Source: the human T2T-CHM13v2.0 reference genome, Homo sapiens. From it: a DNA stretch of 64,000 nucleotides. Positions 1-13,838 of the stretch are shown here, one piece after another. The position numbers and the translations under genes were made by a program. Every line of letters begins with the position of its first letter. The first letter of the stretch is position 1. The stretch lies in NCBI RefSeq assembly GCF_009914755.1, contig NC_060926.1, one strand, 5' to 3'. Under the pieces are notes generated by a model. That model was not told the origin of the DNA. It did no database searches and worked only from the letters and a program-made list of their open reading frames with translations.

Positions 1-222
1 AGGAAGTAGAATGATGGTTGCCAGAGACTAAAGAGAGGGGAGAATGGGGAATTACTGCTTAATGGATATAGAATTTCAGTTTTGCAAGATGAAAAGCATT
101 CTGGAGAGGGATGGCGGTGATGGTTGCACACTATGAATGTACTTAATATACCACTGAACTATACCACTTAAAAATAATTAAAATGGGAAATGTTATATTA
201 TGTGTAATTTACCACAATGAAA
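1..222 (+). mobile_element. L1MB-type LINE-1 3' UTR end (truncated by window edge)
   Basis: GTAGAATGATGGTTGCCAG...TTTCAGTTTTGCAAGATGAAAAG...GGTGATGGTTGCACA...ATGTACTTAAT..CCACTGAACT...TTTACCACAAT matches the recalled L1MB 3' terminus. Confidence 0.85.
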
Positions 223-540
223 ACTTTTCTTAATGTATTTATTATGCCTGTTTACATCAGCACAAAATATTGAACAGAAAAAAATTCTATGAGATGGCAT
301 GTCTAGGAGGCTTGTGTATATTCTGGCTCTAGTGACACTAAAAGCAGTGATTTGGTGATTCTAAAAGGAGGAAAGTAGGCAGGGAAGAAAGGGATCTTGA
401 ATAATGTGGGAAAGTCTTCTAGAAAGCCCTTCACCCAGAAGGTATTCAGGTTTGCTTCACTAAACGAATGCCCTGCCACTTTGTTTATAACAAAAGAAGG
501 TTCATAATACTTATTTTTTCTGAAATTTCTGCTTTGCATA

Positions 541-645
541 CAGGGCCATACTGTTGCCCAATTCCAAAGAACACAACTGGAGTTTTAGTCTCTGTAAATA
601 GTGCTGCCTGGAGTTGTGGAATACTCCGTTGTATCCACAGTTCCT
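541..645. mobile_element. Possible MER91-like hAT MITE remnant
   Basis: CAGGGC start and GTAAATAGTGCTGCCTGGAGTTGTG resemble the MER91 palindromic core; highly diverged. Confidence 0.35.
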
Positions 646-674
646 AGAATAGTACATGGTAAATAGGAAACAGT

Positions 675-760
675 AGAAGGAAAGAAGGAAGGAAGGAAGA
701 AAGAAAGAAAAGAAGGAAGAAGAAAGGAAGGAGGAAAAAAGAAAGGAAAGAAGGAAAGGA
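675..760 (+). repeat. GA-rich simple repeat (GAAG/GAAA)n
   Basis: Pure purine run seen directly. Confidence 0.9.
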
Positions 761-825
761 ATTATATATATAAACTCCTTCTATGACATGTTGTAATTCT
801 TTTTGATGATAGAGTTTGTTGTATT

Positions 826-1181
826 TAATAAATGTCAACTTGGCTAGGCTATGGTTTGGTCAAACACCAGTCTAAATGTTATGTTGCTGTACAGTTATTT
901 TTTAGATATTTCACCTATAAGAAATATGTTTAATATTTAAGTCAGTAGACTTTGAGTAAAACCAATTTACCTCTATCATCTGGGGGGCCTCACCCAATCA
1001 GTTGAAGGCCCTAAAAGAAAAGACAGAGGCCCCTGAGGAAGAAGGAATTCTGCCTCCAGGCAGCACAGCTTTCAGATTTGAGACTGCAATATCAATTTTT
1101 TCCTGTGTTTCTAGCCTGTCACCCTGCTGTCTGGATTTCAGACTTGCCAGCCCCATAGTCATGTGAGCCAATTACTTGAAA

Positions 1182-1244
<63 letters not shown>

Positions 1245-1340
1245 TTCTGTGTGTGTGTGTACGTGTGTGCATATACACATTCTATTGGTTCTGTTTCTCT
1301 GGAGAACTCTAATACAGATTTTGGAACTAGGAATGGGATC
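826..1340 (+). mobile_element. MLT2 (ERV-L) LTR followed by a short internal/PBS stub
   Basis: TGTCAACTTGGCTAGG start, CCAATCAGTTGAAGGCC, ATGTGAGCCAAT, TATTGGTTCTGTTTCTCTGGAGAAC..TAATACA end at 1316, then GATTTTGGAACTAGGAATGG resembling the ERV-L internal start. Confidence 0.85.
1182..1270 (+). repeat. Compound (CT)n/(GT)n microsatellite inside MLT2
   Basis: Seen directly. Confidence 0.95.
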
Positions 1341-3723
1341 TATAAATCCTCATGTGGCCCCACCCCACCAGCCATAATCATGGAATTAAGGAGAGGAACC
1401 AAAATTAGAAAAACTCAACCAATGGAAATATCAGGTTTACATTCTCATTAGAGCAAAAATGGCAAGTTGATTTCACATCACTTGGCAACTCTTACCTATT
1501 GGTAGAAGCTACCCGGAACACGGTACTGAGAATGATTCTGAGGCACAATCCAGGATCAGCAGAAAAACATACTGTGATTGAGAACTGGAATTTGTCCTGG
1601 GCTCATCCTAGGCAATGTATTTACTATCTTTACTTTAGATGACAGAGCTCGAAATACTTTCTGTGGATAGAAATAAGCATAGAGAAATATCCAGATGACA
1701 TTATACTTCATTTTAATAGGCCTCGAATATTTTCACTTCTTTGGGGTCCTAGACGGCTCTATTTAAATTTGAGTATAACATTTATTCTCTTTATCCTCCT
1801 GTCCATGTTCTCTTTTGTCCTCTCAAAGAAACTCCAAACCAAGGTGTTCAGCCTTGTAAAAGACAGAAATGGAGAAATAGCCTCTCATTCTGCCTTTCAC
1901 ACCAATATACTCCATTCACTCCAAGGAAGCTGCACAATTCCCTCAGTCTACCCAACCAGTGGGAAACACCCCTCAAAGCCCAAAATGTATGATTGGGCTA
2001 TAAATTTAGAATTTATACTTTGTAGAGTTGGTTTTAAGTACAGCAGTCTATTTTCTTTTCCATGCTGAAATCTCATAATTCAGTAGTGACTTTGATCTAC
2101 AATAAAATATTGTTGACTTGCCTCAGAAAGATTTTCATTTGAGTCTCTCTAAGAAACACCAAACATGGTGAACTGCAAAATTAAAACTCTCTGTTGAAAG
2201 AGCATGGAAGTTTTTACTCTTGACATTCTAGAAACTCTCATAGATAAACAAATCTCCTTTTGGGTCATTCCATTAACTCACTTATTCATTTAGGTATTCA
2301 CTCATCAGGCTATGAACATCAAGTATACCCAAAAATATAGGCTCTTTCCCAAAGTGGTGAAACCTAGTGGCAGAAGTCATATAAGTTAACAATCAAAATA
2401 CCAAGTAATAAGTCTTATGATAGAGTTGCTCACAGTTTTCTCTGTTAGCACAAAAGAGGGATAGCTGACTATCCAGGGAGTAACGAGTGTCAGCAAGGTC
2501 TCCCTGAAAGAAGGTAGCATTTCATCTGCATCTTGAAAAGCAAGTAGAAGTGATCCAGTTGATGAACGCGAAGTCAAGAGCTTTAAAGAGAAGAAAATGC
2601 AAGCACAGTCTCTAGGTCAGACAAAACACAGCCTCTTCCTGGAACCGCTAGAGTCGAGTGTATTCAGGGAAAAGTAATGAGAGAAGAGACTGGGGAAGAA
2701 AGCAAGGCACCTGCAATGCCTGTCTGAAGAAACTTTGTGTTATGAGGGGAATGGACCTTATTCTGAAGGAGAAAGGAAGCATTAAATTGAATAAAGCAAG
2801 AAGGTGACAAAATCAATCTTGCTAGTTAGCACACTGTCCAGATTTCTCTCTCCATATCTGCTCACCTCTCTCATTTGCATTTTAGGACTACCTTGGTTTC
2901 AGTGAAGAGTACATACCAGATGGAGACTAACCTGACACCAGTTACAGATCAATTACAGTGATCACCCATACAAGGAATGTTGAGGGATTGAAATAAGAGA
3001 GTGGAAAGGCTATAAACCAGCAGGGGATAGATTCAGGAAATATGGATTGACAGGATTCAGCCAACAATCAAGTGAAAATGTAGTATGACTTAAGTGAGAG
3101 AGGAAGATATACCTGCAGGTGAAAATTATGCATCCCCAAATTGGATATGTCATAGAGTATGTTTCTTGAAAAATGGCAACAGCAAGAAAGACTGGTATTT
3201 ATATTTTAAGGCAAATAAAAATTTCAGCACCTGGCTGTTAGTTTGCTGCATTATTAGCTATACAGCAAACAGATGGGAAGGATGTTTGGGAGAAAGGAGA
3301 GATCATTTCACATTGGGATGGTAGGGAGCCATATCTCCTGTTACTCTGGCTCTTGCATAAGCAATTTACTATCAACCTGTGATTAGCTGAGCTTAGGGGG
3401 GAGCAGAAATAATGAAGCAATCACTCCAAAAAGTATCAGTGTTTGACTTTAGAAAGCACTTTTGAAATGACATGACTACAAGTCTAACTCTTATTCACGG
3501 AATTCACATTATAAACCCTATAATTAAACCAGATGCAGAGATGTGATTTGAAAGTTGGAAACTACTGCCACAACCTGCCTCCCTGCTCAACTCTCACAAA
3601 TTGTTTCTCTTGTGTCTGCATCTGATCATAGCATACAAGTCTCCAGGCCTATAAAATTGCTACCTTCTATTCTTGCTCCCTTTAGCCATTTGCTTTTGGT
3701 TATTTGAAAGCAGATAGTCTAGG

Positions 3724-3905
3724 CAGGACCAGCTACAGAATTTGCAAAGCCCAGTCAGTGCAAAATAAAAATGTGGGGCCCCTTGTTAAGAAATTATTAA
3801 GAGTTTCGTAATGGCAACTGCAGAGCATTAAACCAAGTGTGGGGCCCTTCTAAGAGTGGAAGCTGGTGGGACTGCACAGATCACATACCCATGAAGCTGG
3901 CCTTG
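3724..3905 (-). mobile_element. MER45A hAT-Tip100 MITE, near full length
   Basis: Terminal inverted repeats CAGGACCAGCT...AGCTGGCCTTG; internal AAAATGTGGGGCCCCTTGTT and GCAGAGCATTAAACCAAG match the MER45A reverse complement. Confidence 0.85.
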
Positions 3906-5129
3906 AACTTCAACTTTGCTGTAAAACAGGTGAGCTAAGTTGTGTTATGGGTGGTGCAGAGGATGGGAAAGAAGGAGGCAGCATAGACTTATTGCCTCGT
4001 TACACTTCTTGAAATAAAAGAGATACGTATTTTATAGTCTGACAAAATCAAGCCAACCTGAAGCTACCCACTTGTGTCTATCATTAGCACTTTACTCATT
4101 AAGCAGATGGATTAATCATGGGTAAACAAAAGGGAACAGCTGAAAATACCATTCGCTATAGCTAATGGCAATTCTAATTTGAAAATGAAATGATAGGTGG
4201 GTCTATCAGTTATCAAGATACATTAATTAAATGAAGCATTCTCCCAACTATTGTGTGGGGTGCTCAAAGGAGGAGAATTGAGGCATACCAGCTTCAAACT
4301 ACATTCTCCATGGCACTCGAACCAAGTCTGGGAGTGAGGATCAATAATGAGCCAGATCTAGATTTCAGAGAGGGACCTCCTTCACCTCCATTCCCAAAGT
4401 GAGGCCTCTGACAGTTGTGGAGTGAAACAGAAAAGATGGAGAAAAAGATACAGGGAAGGCCCTAACACTAACCTTAATCCTAACTTACCTATAGATTGGC
4501 CGGTTAGAGGAACTCCCTCTGAAAAGGCAGAAGCTGCAGGAATCCAAAGTTTCACTCGCTGCTCAATGCATTTTCATTTAGTCCATTTATTTATCCATTA
4601 AAGTAAAACACATACACACCCAAATGCACACTCATATTTTTGGGTCCCTGCTGGGACTGGAGCACACTAAGCTTGTGGTCTACACTATATAACTAATTCA
4701 CCTTAGGTAGGTAAGTTCACATTACAAATTCTTACAATCCTAACAGCTAATCTATTGCAACACATCTATGAACTGGTTCCCATGTCCTGGGCCTGAAAGA
4801 AGTTGCCATGGGACTTAAGTAGATACAAGAGATCTGGAGAGATTTGATGACAGCCATGTCTTCTTCCTATTCCTGTGTATTTAATCCCTAGGGGAGCTGA
4901 TTGGAGACATTCTGATTACTCTCTTATAGACTGGAGCAAAGTGAAAAGAAATTAGGTAGAAACTGTTAGATTTGGAAAGTAAACGTTTAGGACTGGTAGA
5001 TTTGGGTGTATCTAGTACATTTTGCAGACTAAGAGTTATTTGTAGTGTTTTAAGGGATATTTTACCAATTATACAGGCAGAGTGAAAAAAAAGGATAATA
5101 TCTAGGGTTAGCAAGCGCCAACTTTCCAA

Positions 5130-5305
5130 CTCACTAGCTATGTGACTTCCAGCAATTCACTTAATCTCTCTAAATTTCTAGCTTCCTATCTATAAGATTG
5201 GAATATAAATACCTACTCCTAGGATTGTTCTTTGGATTTAGTGAGTTAAAATATGTAAGGCCCCAGGCACAGTTCCCTGAACATAGCTGACACTTTAAAA
5301 ATGTT
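5130..5305 (+). mobile_element. MIR SINE
   Basis: ACTAGCTATGTGACTT...CACTTAATCTCTCT...CCTATCTATAAGAT...ACCTAC core. Confidence 0.75.
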
Positions 5306-6041
5306 ACTTCCCTTATTCATTCTTTCCTTTGGTCTTCACCCATTCTTCCTGGAATTACAAAAAATATGTGCTTTTCTCTGGAAAGGCATCACAATCTTTT
5401 TTTCAGAATGAAACAAGTGTATTAGATGTGAAACATGTTGTCTTCTAAAACCTAAGATCCTGAATTTAAGTCCTACTAGTCCTCACCATGTGTTCCTGCT
5501 ACCAAAAGTTTATATCCAATGATTTTCACTTCTTACTCTGCTGAATTGTATGACTTCTTTAACAGGAAACAAATCTACAAGAAATGTCTTGATTTCCTGA
5601 GGGAGTTTCTGAATACACCCTTTCACTTCAGTGATGTGGAGACATTCTATACTGAAGCACATGGTTCTAACAACAGTATTCATTAACCCTACAGCAAAGC
5701 TAGTGCTAACGACATTCTGTGAAAAGGAGGTGATTCACAGTGTGAGGTGCACATTACCTTGAGACCATTAAATTATATTTTAGAAAATGCATAGAAATAC
5801 AGTCCTATGTAAAAGTGCATGCACATACACAATAAATCCAGACAACTCATAGCCTCTTGTTGGAAAGACTGCTGTGGGTAATGGTGCTTCTGGAAAATAG
5901 AAACCAACTGGGATTACCTCAAGTAAATATAGACAACCATAAAACGCAGAATTATCTATGTTTCATTATATAATAATGCCTCTCCACCACAACTACCATG
6001 CCGGGTCCCCAAGTGACCAGTTTATTAGCTTGGAGAGATAT

Positions 6042-6450
6042 CTGTGGCAGATAGTAGCTGGCTACCTAATATATATTCTCTTCTTTTTCTGTGTTGACAT
6101 AACTCTGATTTTATTTGGGGCCGCTAGATAAACATTTTCTAACCTTTCTTAAAGCTAGAGGTGACCAGGTGGTGTAGTTCTAACCAGAGTGAACAGATAT
6201 TTTTCTGGGGATTACTGAGAAAGTTTTGCTTTCCCAATAGAGGTGCCATCACATTTTCTTTGTTGTTTTCTCTTTCTGCAAACCCAGTAGCTAATGCTGC
6301 AGCAGCCATCTTGCCACCATGAGGAAAAGGCCAAGAGAATAGCAAAGACTGCAGCCTTGATATCCTTGAGCCACTGAATCCTGAGGATTGCCCCAACTTC
6401 TTTAAGCCATTGTTATTTGGGCTTTCTTCTGAAAACACTCCCAAATTGAT
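6042..6450 (+). mobile_element. Old MaLR LTR (MLT1I/J-like)
   Basis: TGTGGCAG start, GCAGCAGCCATCTTGCCACCATGAGG, GAGCCACTGAA, TTTAAGCCA..GTTATTTGGG. Confidence 0.7.
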
Positions 6451-6614
6451 AATCTTCTTACCTAGCCAGAAATTTCTGTAAGATTCATTTCTTCAGAGCA
6501 TATTAGCCCTGAACCACATAAGGTTCAATTGTCACAGGCTTCCTGAAAGAGAGATCAACTAGTTTTTTCCCATTTTCACATGAACATGAATTGTATACTA
6601 AAGTGAAATGGACC

Positions 6615-6830
6615 ATAGATTCTAGAGACAGAAAGCCTGTGTTCAAATACTAGCTCCATACTTATGACTTAATAGCCATTGCCAGGTTACTTTTCCTTGA
6701 ACCCCCATTGCCTTATCTCTAAAACATGCATCATAATATTTGCCACATCCTGACTGCCTTACTTATTGAGATGACCAAAGGAGATGAAGTCTTTGAGTTT
6801 GTTTTTTAAACTGCCAAGCATCTAAACAAA
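6615..6830 (+). mobile_element. MIR SINE (diverged)
   Basis: CCTGTGTTCAAATACTAGCTCCA...CCTTATCTCTAAAA. Confidence 0.55.
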
Positions 6831-8312
6831 TGGTAATTAGTGTGACAAGGAAAATGTCATCTTCTTCATCTCTGTATCCCCAGTACCAAATACAGTGTCT
6901 GTGCACAGTTGCTCATTATACATTTGAGATAAAGATTAACTCTGTTTTGTTTTCTTTTACACAAATTAAGTAGAGGATACATTGGAAAACAGAACCAAGC
7001 CCTGCCTATCTTGTACAAGAATGGCAAATATATAGCATGCATACCTACACTCTCCCCTTCTTCTCTAATCAGACACTATCAATCAGTCCTCCCAATGAAA
7101 CGAAATTACTCTCAACATAATGCCTTAGACAGTCACTACAAATTCAACAGCGTCATAAAAACAAGGATTATCTGGACCATAAGGGAAAAAGTTGGGTACT
7201 GTGATAACTGGAGGTAAAGATCAGCCAGGACTGAGCATGAGATCTTTAGAGGCAGTGCCATAACATAAGAAACAGAGTGAAATATTAGGTCCCCGATGAA
7301 TGGGAAATGACAGAGGGCACCATCCAGGAGCACAGCCGTGGGATCAGTGGTCAGGTCTGGCAGTGGATGGGAGTGGCTGAGGTCCAGGAACAAGGAATCA
7401 TCTAGTCAACCAGGAGGCAGCCAAGCATCTTCACTCCTTCATCTCCACCTCCCACCACTGCCACTCCATACCCTTGCTCTACCTCCCTTCTTTGTATCTC
7501 ACTGTTACCTGTCTTCTTTTCTTCATCATCTTAGAATTCTTTCTACCAAGGGTCAGCCTGACCCAGTAGAAACGCTTTGCAACCAGATGGACCTGGACTT
7601 CCATCTTATTCTTTACAGAAGACTAGGAAATCTCTGCTGAATCTCTTCATCTCTACATCTGCCAAGTGAGACAATAACGGAAACCTATAGGCTTGTGGTA
7701 AACATGGAACACACTTATCTGTGTAAAGTACATAACATGGGGTCAGATGTATTGTTAAAGCTCTTTCTCAGCTGAAGTAGGACTCCATTTGTCTTCTAAT
7801 ATCTTGGACACATTGCTATCTCACAGAAATAAAGAAGTTTCTAGAAGATTCATAATGGTTCCAAACATTTTATAAGGGCTCGGTGAATATTCTAACCCAT
7901 GAAGGAAAAGAAACCTACTTTGAGCAAATAATAAAGTCATAGGTCTAGTTTGAAGAAGGTACTTTGAAAATTTCAATGAAATTTCACCCTTCAATGGGAC
8001 CTTAACCCTATTCTCAGATAAGCACTGGCTATCAGACATGTTACAGTTTAATAAACTTTTTAATGAAAGGACCTCCAGATTCCACTTATATTTTCCAGTG
8101 AAATTCTATCTCCTCAAATAATTTTTAAGCATATGGAATTTATTTTCCCTCACACCTGGCTATATTTAATTTGTTATGAGAGGTTCCTGACTGTGTTATA
8201 TGACCTATTCCCATGACGCTTAAGAGTTAAATGTGTTTCCTGCTTTCCTGAATTTCAAATAAACGAAGAAAATAACCAATCCTTGAATACACAAATGTAA
8301 TATCCTGAATCT

Positions 8313-8325
8313 ATACACATACACA

Positions 8326-8374
<49 letters not shown>
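8313..8374 (+). repeat. (CA)n microsatellite
   Basis: Seen directly. Confidence 0.95.
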
Positions 8375-8375
<1 letters not shown>

Positions 8376-9369
8376 ATGTTCCTGCTTTCTATTAACTTGC
8401 AGTTTGTGGGTATGAAATAGGAGAGAAGTAATATGGATGAGGAAATTATGTACCACTTAAAAAGAATTACTTAAATTTTTCTTATTGTGGTTACTCTTAA
8501 ATGCTCTCATCCATTCTAATAATTTAGTGTGTTACTGACACCTTAATAAGTTATTTATTTGATTTATCTGGGGGTTTTCTAGTAAGCTAAATACTGTGAT
8601 TACTTAGAATAGCATATCAAATTTGAAAAGGAGAAATCATCTAAAAAACAGCCACAAAAACATAATATCCAATTCCAATGTAGCAATATGTTTTGGAAAC
8701 TCTTAGGCCTATCTTAAGAATAAGGTATTCAATACTTATTTTGTAAAAGCACGACTATTCTAAATTTGTTCTTATGAGATATCAACTCTATCTCACAAAG
8801 ATGATCTTACATTCTATATCCATAATTTAACTATTTTTTCTTTTTCATAATTTCAACTATTAAGTGGTATTTTATACTGAAAATGCATATAGATTGCATT
8901 ACATATCCTGCTTTGCAGGTGTAAAGGTAGTGTGGAATAGTGAAGAAGCACCATCTGAACAGCCAGACATGTAAAATAGTTCCTTCTACCACTTACCGTG
9001 GGCAAGTTTTAAGCAAGTTGTGTCATTTCTCTGGGTCCAGTGAAATAAGGTTAATATTTTTCCCATCTCAAACCAAGTTGCTGGACAGTATGATCCAGGG
9101 AAGAGCTTAAGAGTATGATCTTTGCAGTGCTAATTACTAGCCATGCAGCCTTGGGTGAGTCACTTAATCTCTGGATCTCAGTATCTTCACTGAGAGGTGA
9201 AGGTTAAATTTGATGATACCTACAAGCACTTGGTCTGGTCCCTAAACATGCTATGGTAAGAGCACTATATGATTCATGTACTATGGTTTTCTTCATTCAT
9301 ATATTCCAAGGACCTAGAAGACAGTCCAACACATGAGGTGCTTAAGAAGTATTGTTAATTTTAACCCAG

Positions 9370-9737
9370 TGTATTCACAGGTTTTCATACTGCTATTATG
9401 AACTTCCCTAAGACTGGGTGATTTATAAAGGAAAGAGGTTTAATTGACTCACAGTTCCACATGGCTGGGTGGGGGCCTCAGGAAACTTACAATCATGGTG
9501 GAAGCGGAAGCAAACACGTCTTTTTTCGCGTGGCAGCAGGAGAAAAAAGGGCCAAGCAAAGGGGCAAGAGCCCCTTATAAAACCATCAGATCTTGTGAGA
9601 ACTCACTCATTATCATGAGAACAGCGTGGGGGAACCGCCCCCATGATCCAATCACCTCCCATCAGTTCCTCCCTCATCACCTGGGGATTACAATTTGAGA
9701 TGAGATTTGGGTGGGGACAAAGAGCCAAACCATATCA
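9370..9737 (-). mobile_element. THE1 (THE1C/D-like) MaLR solo LTR with 5-bp TSD
   Basis: Ends GAGATTTGGGTGGGGACAAAGAGCCAAACCATATCA (reverse complement of the THE1 5' end); GAGGTTTAATTGACTCACAGTTCCACATGGCTGG; perfect TSD CCCAG at 9365-9369 and 9738-9742. Confidence 0.93.
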
Positions 9738-9877
9738 CCCAGGTACCTTCTGGGGTCATCCTGACCTATCTCACATTCTGTAGAAAATTCAATGTCCTAC
9801 TCAAGAATTTTACACATTTATTGAATCTTACTACTCTCTCTCTCTCTCTCTCTCGTCTGGTTCAGATTTCTAGCTTT

Positions 9878-9994
9878 TGGGTACAATGTACATTATTCGG
9901 GCAACAGTTACACCAAAAGCACAGACTTCACCACTGTGCAACATATCCACGTAACAACACCACACCTGTACCCCTTAAATTTATATTAAAAAAA
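9878..9994 (+). mobile_element. L1PB/L1MA 3' terminal fragment
   Basis: GGGTACAATGTACA..ATTCGGG...AAAAGC.CAGACTTCACCACT...CACCTGTACCCC followed by an A tail. Confidence 0.75.
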
Positions 9995-11335
9995 GATTTC
10001 TACCTTCTGTTGTTTGTTTCTGTTTTTGGTTTTCTCTATTATAAGGCTTTATAAGGAAAACTTTCATTCCTTTATTTTCATGATTACTTTTTATTGATTA
10101 GTCCCTCCCCCAAACTCCCACACCCTCAACACAGATAAACAGATGCCACTCTCATAATGAAACTACATCAGTCTTAGTCACAAGGAGGACTGAGAAGTAA
10201 TGGAGAGATGGGCTAAATTGCAGAACTGTGCACAAGACGACCTACACTTGAATGTTAACTATTTGAGAAAGTCCCTGCTTCATAGGACTGTCCTACCCTA
10301 AGGGGAAGTGAGGGAGTCACAAGAAATAATAATGAGAACTCCTATAGCAACTATTTTGAGTATGTATATTGTATTATTGTTCTTCTGGTGAAAAATTATT
10401 TTAGAAGCTAGCATCAGAATCTATCTCATTTGTTTATTTATCAAGGTCTATTTATTTACCATGTGTAGGGATAAAAAATAAAAAAGCCTAAATACGTTCC
10501 AACTCTCCTTTAAGTTGAGCTCATAAATACACATCCTTCCATCAGCCAGGGCATATCAGAAAGCATCTGACAATGAGTATTGCAATCTCTCTTAAGTGGA
10601 TTGTGTACAACCTGTGCTAGACATCACAGGTTTCATTTCTGAAGCATTCAGCAATTTGTTTAGGAAAATGTCATTCAGAGCGCCAAAAGAGCATCTGTCT
10701 AAATCCAAAGTTAGTCTCTGACTTTCCGTGTGTATTGCCGCCAGGAAGGCATACTGGAGGAATGTAACAGGGTGTTTTTCAAAGTGTTCTTTTGTAATTT
10801 AGAAACCTGTTAAGTCTTAAAATGAGACTGTGAGGAGATGGAAATCAAGTAAATGTTCTTTTCAGCAAAATGGATCATTTACGATAAGAGAAATATATTA
10901 TTTAATGTTATTTTCCCTACTCTCAGGACTATTAAGAATGTTAGGTATGTTTACTCCCAGTGATGAATGAGAACAGCCCCACTGCTGAGAGAGGCCCACA
11001 GACATTACCTACAAGAGGGGCAGCTTGGATTTGGAAGCCTGGGATGTTATGTCAGGAGTTTTCCCAAACTCACAGAAGCAGATTCAATACTGGGCACTCC
11101 CTTTTCTCCGTAGAGGGATCCAGACATCCAGAGTGGCATTGCTGTGACAGAAGGACCAAAAAGGTCTAAAGGACCATTACAGATGCAAGAACTTGAAGAG
11201 CATCCTGGAATTCATCTGCTTCATTTCCAAAGAAACATTCTTTGTTCATAGTACTATCTTATGTGTGCACGCCATAAGGTAAAAAAGATTCAATTCAACA
11301 AACCATGTCTAAGGCACTGTGCTAGCTGTTCATAA

Positions 11336-11500
11336 GAGAGGCAGCAGAATGTGGTTAAGATTATGGACTTTGGGCCCAGACTGCCTGGGTTCCAGTTTTG
11401 GCTCTGTACCTACCAGCTCTGTAACCCTGGGCACACAGACTTCCCTGTGCTTCAATTTCCACATGCACCCATTGAGAGTAATAATAACCTACATCATGAG
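11336..11500 (+). mobile_element. MIR SINE
   Basis: GTGGTTAAGA...CAGACTGCCTGGGTTC...GGCTCTG..AC.TACCAGCT.TGTAACCCTGGGCA...ATAATAACCTAC. Confidence 0.85.
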
Positions 11501-13804
11501 ATAGAAAAGAGGCTTACAGCCACATAGGGAAAACAAACAGATATACAGTGAGTCCCAGAAGCATCCAAACAGTGACATGTTAGAACTAAAGTAAAAAGCA
11601 AGTGCCTAGAAATTCCAAGGAGGTGGAGGTTAAGGCACATTCACTTCTAGAACACTAGCATGGTGGTAAAACAACTCTAAGATAATATAGCAAAATGATG
11701 GTCCAAGAAGACACAGAGATGAAACTTGAAGGAAAAAACAGGGACATTTATACAACCACACATTAACCCTGCTGTGCTCTTCATCTGAGCTATCTCCAAA
11801 AAATAAAATTAAATATATAATATTATATATATCAACTTATTACACACTCTTGGATTCAGAACCCCAGGTAAGTTTACTCCATCAAATTTCACAATGGTCA
11901 GCTAGTCCACACAACCAACTGCAGATCCAAACCACTAGCAAAATAATCATTATCAGAAAAGTACATATTCTCCCACAAATGTCATATAAATAGCCTTGAA
12001 AAAGAGTTGTGTTCATAGTGCCCCCCAAATCCAAATAACAGGTGCATTTGTCCTGAATTCCTCTTCCATAGTTGTCACATCAAGCTCCACTCAAAATATT
12101 GTTTTGATCACATTTCCCTCTCTTAGGGACCTAAAAATTCAACCCTGGACCGAGACAACCCATAAAAACTGTAGCAATAAAAAAGATAAAAGGTGCAGAC
12201 TTTTAAAATAGGTCTGAGAATGTCGTTGTTTCCTGTAGGTAGAACTGCAATGATATAAAATCCTGGTTAGAAGCAAGGAAGCAGCTGGCATGGAAATTAC
12301 TCCATTATTTATTACTGTTATTAGGTGAGGTTCTTATGCTGCATAACTCAGTAGAGAATAGCATCTATTTGATTGCATGGGATGAGAGTCTGGTCCATTA
12401 TTATTAATTTGCCAGCTCTAGCCATTAAGTGACTGTTCCTTTGGTCTGTAAAAGGTAGTACATGAATAACACAAAAAGGTTTTTGTTCCATTCTCAGTAG
12501 CATAATGAATGCCAGCCACTGTACCAATAAGAAATTCAGTCACCTGCTTAGATATCTTTCTGGGCTTAAAGAGCAAATAGCACTAGGTCTAACTTGTGCC
12601 CAGGGAGAGAAAGTTTCTCCTTACCCAGGCTGTTAATCAATTCAGAATTCTGGATTTCTAGGATAGAGACTTGTGATTGTACTATGTTTGCTCTTAAAGT
12701 TTTTATCAATTTAAGGATGGCTCAGCCTTTAGCATGATTTTGTAATACCTTACTCACCCGCAATTACTGACTCAGGGCATTTACTCCTTAAGTCTCTGTT
12801 AATATAACGGAAGATTTTCGGTTTAGGCACCAAAGTTTTTGTATTTTAAACATCACTAAAAGAAATCTTGCTATAATGGTAGGCATACCTTTCATTGGTT
12901 GTTGTTTATTTTGTTTTTGGTTTTGTTTTTTTTTTTTTTTCATCTTTTGAGTGTGCTGAATCTAAGTTAAAGTTTTCTGGGTGACTCTTTTTAGATTGGG
13001 TATTATTTTAGGCCAAAGCTGCAAAGGTTAAGCCTTCTGTTCAGACCTCTGGCTCTCAAGAATATAATGAGGTCCTTGTGACCTGTCTCCAAGTGAGGAG
13101 CCCTAGAGTCCTACCCAGGGAGCTCTTGAAACCCTTCAGTGCTGAAGCCAGTTAGGGTGCCCCCTACACCCAGGGGTCTAGGCAGCTCTGACTGATCTCA
13201 CATACTGCAAGCTGGCTGCTCAGGGCAGAGTTTGCTCACAATACCACGTCTCAGGACCACTGGGTCTTCTCCTGAAGGCCGTTTTCACCAGATTCCACAC
13301 TTCCCACAGACACTGATTGGATTCCTCACCACCAGTGCCCAGAAACACCTCGCAGCCTCCCCACCAAGCCTGTCCTCAAGCCTCTCCTGACATCTAAACT
13401 TTGCAGACTGGTCCTCAGCGCTCTTCAAGGAAAGCCATCTCCAGTGGTCTCTGCTTGTCACCTCCTGCTTTGTGCCCTCCTTTTCCCTTTCCTGGCTCCT
13501 TCCAGCTGGGTCTCTACAGCCTCAGAGCTACTCCACTCTCTATCCACTCTGCCTGGGACAGAATATAAGTTGTTAACTTTGACCCATGGGTACATGTCAG
13601 TGAAACTCAACATTAAATCTCAAGGTCCAGGGTCCCACATGCCATTGCTGGCCTCCTTAAAGACCTCCCAAATCTCTCACATTTCACTGGACCAGGGACT
13701 GACATTTCAAGGGAAAGCCCTGGAAGCCCCTGCAGTACTGAGATTACAGACCTCCAAACTCATTGGCACTCTCTGTTTCTCTGTCTGTCTTTATCTCTCT
13801 CTCT

Positions 13805-13807
<3 letters not shown>

Positions 13808-13836
<29 letters not shown>
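13808..13836 (+). repeat. (CA)n microsatellite
   Basis: Seen directly. Confidence 0.9.
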
Positions 13837-13838
<2 letters not shown>

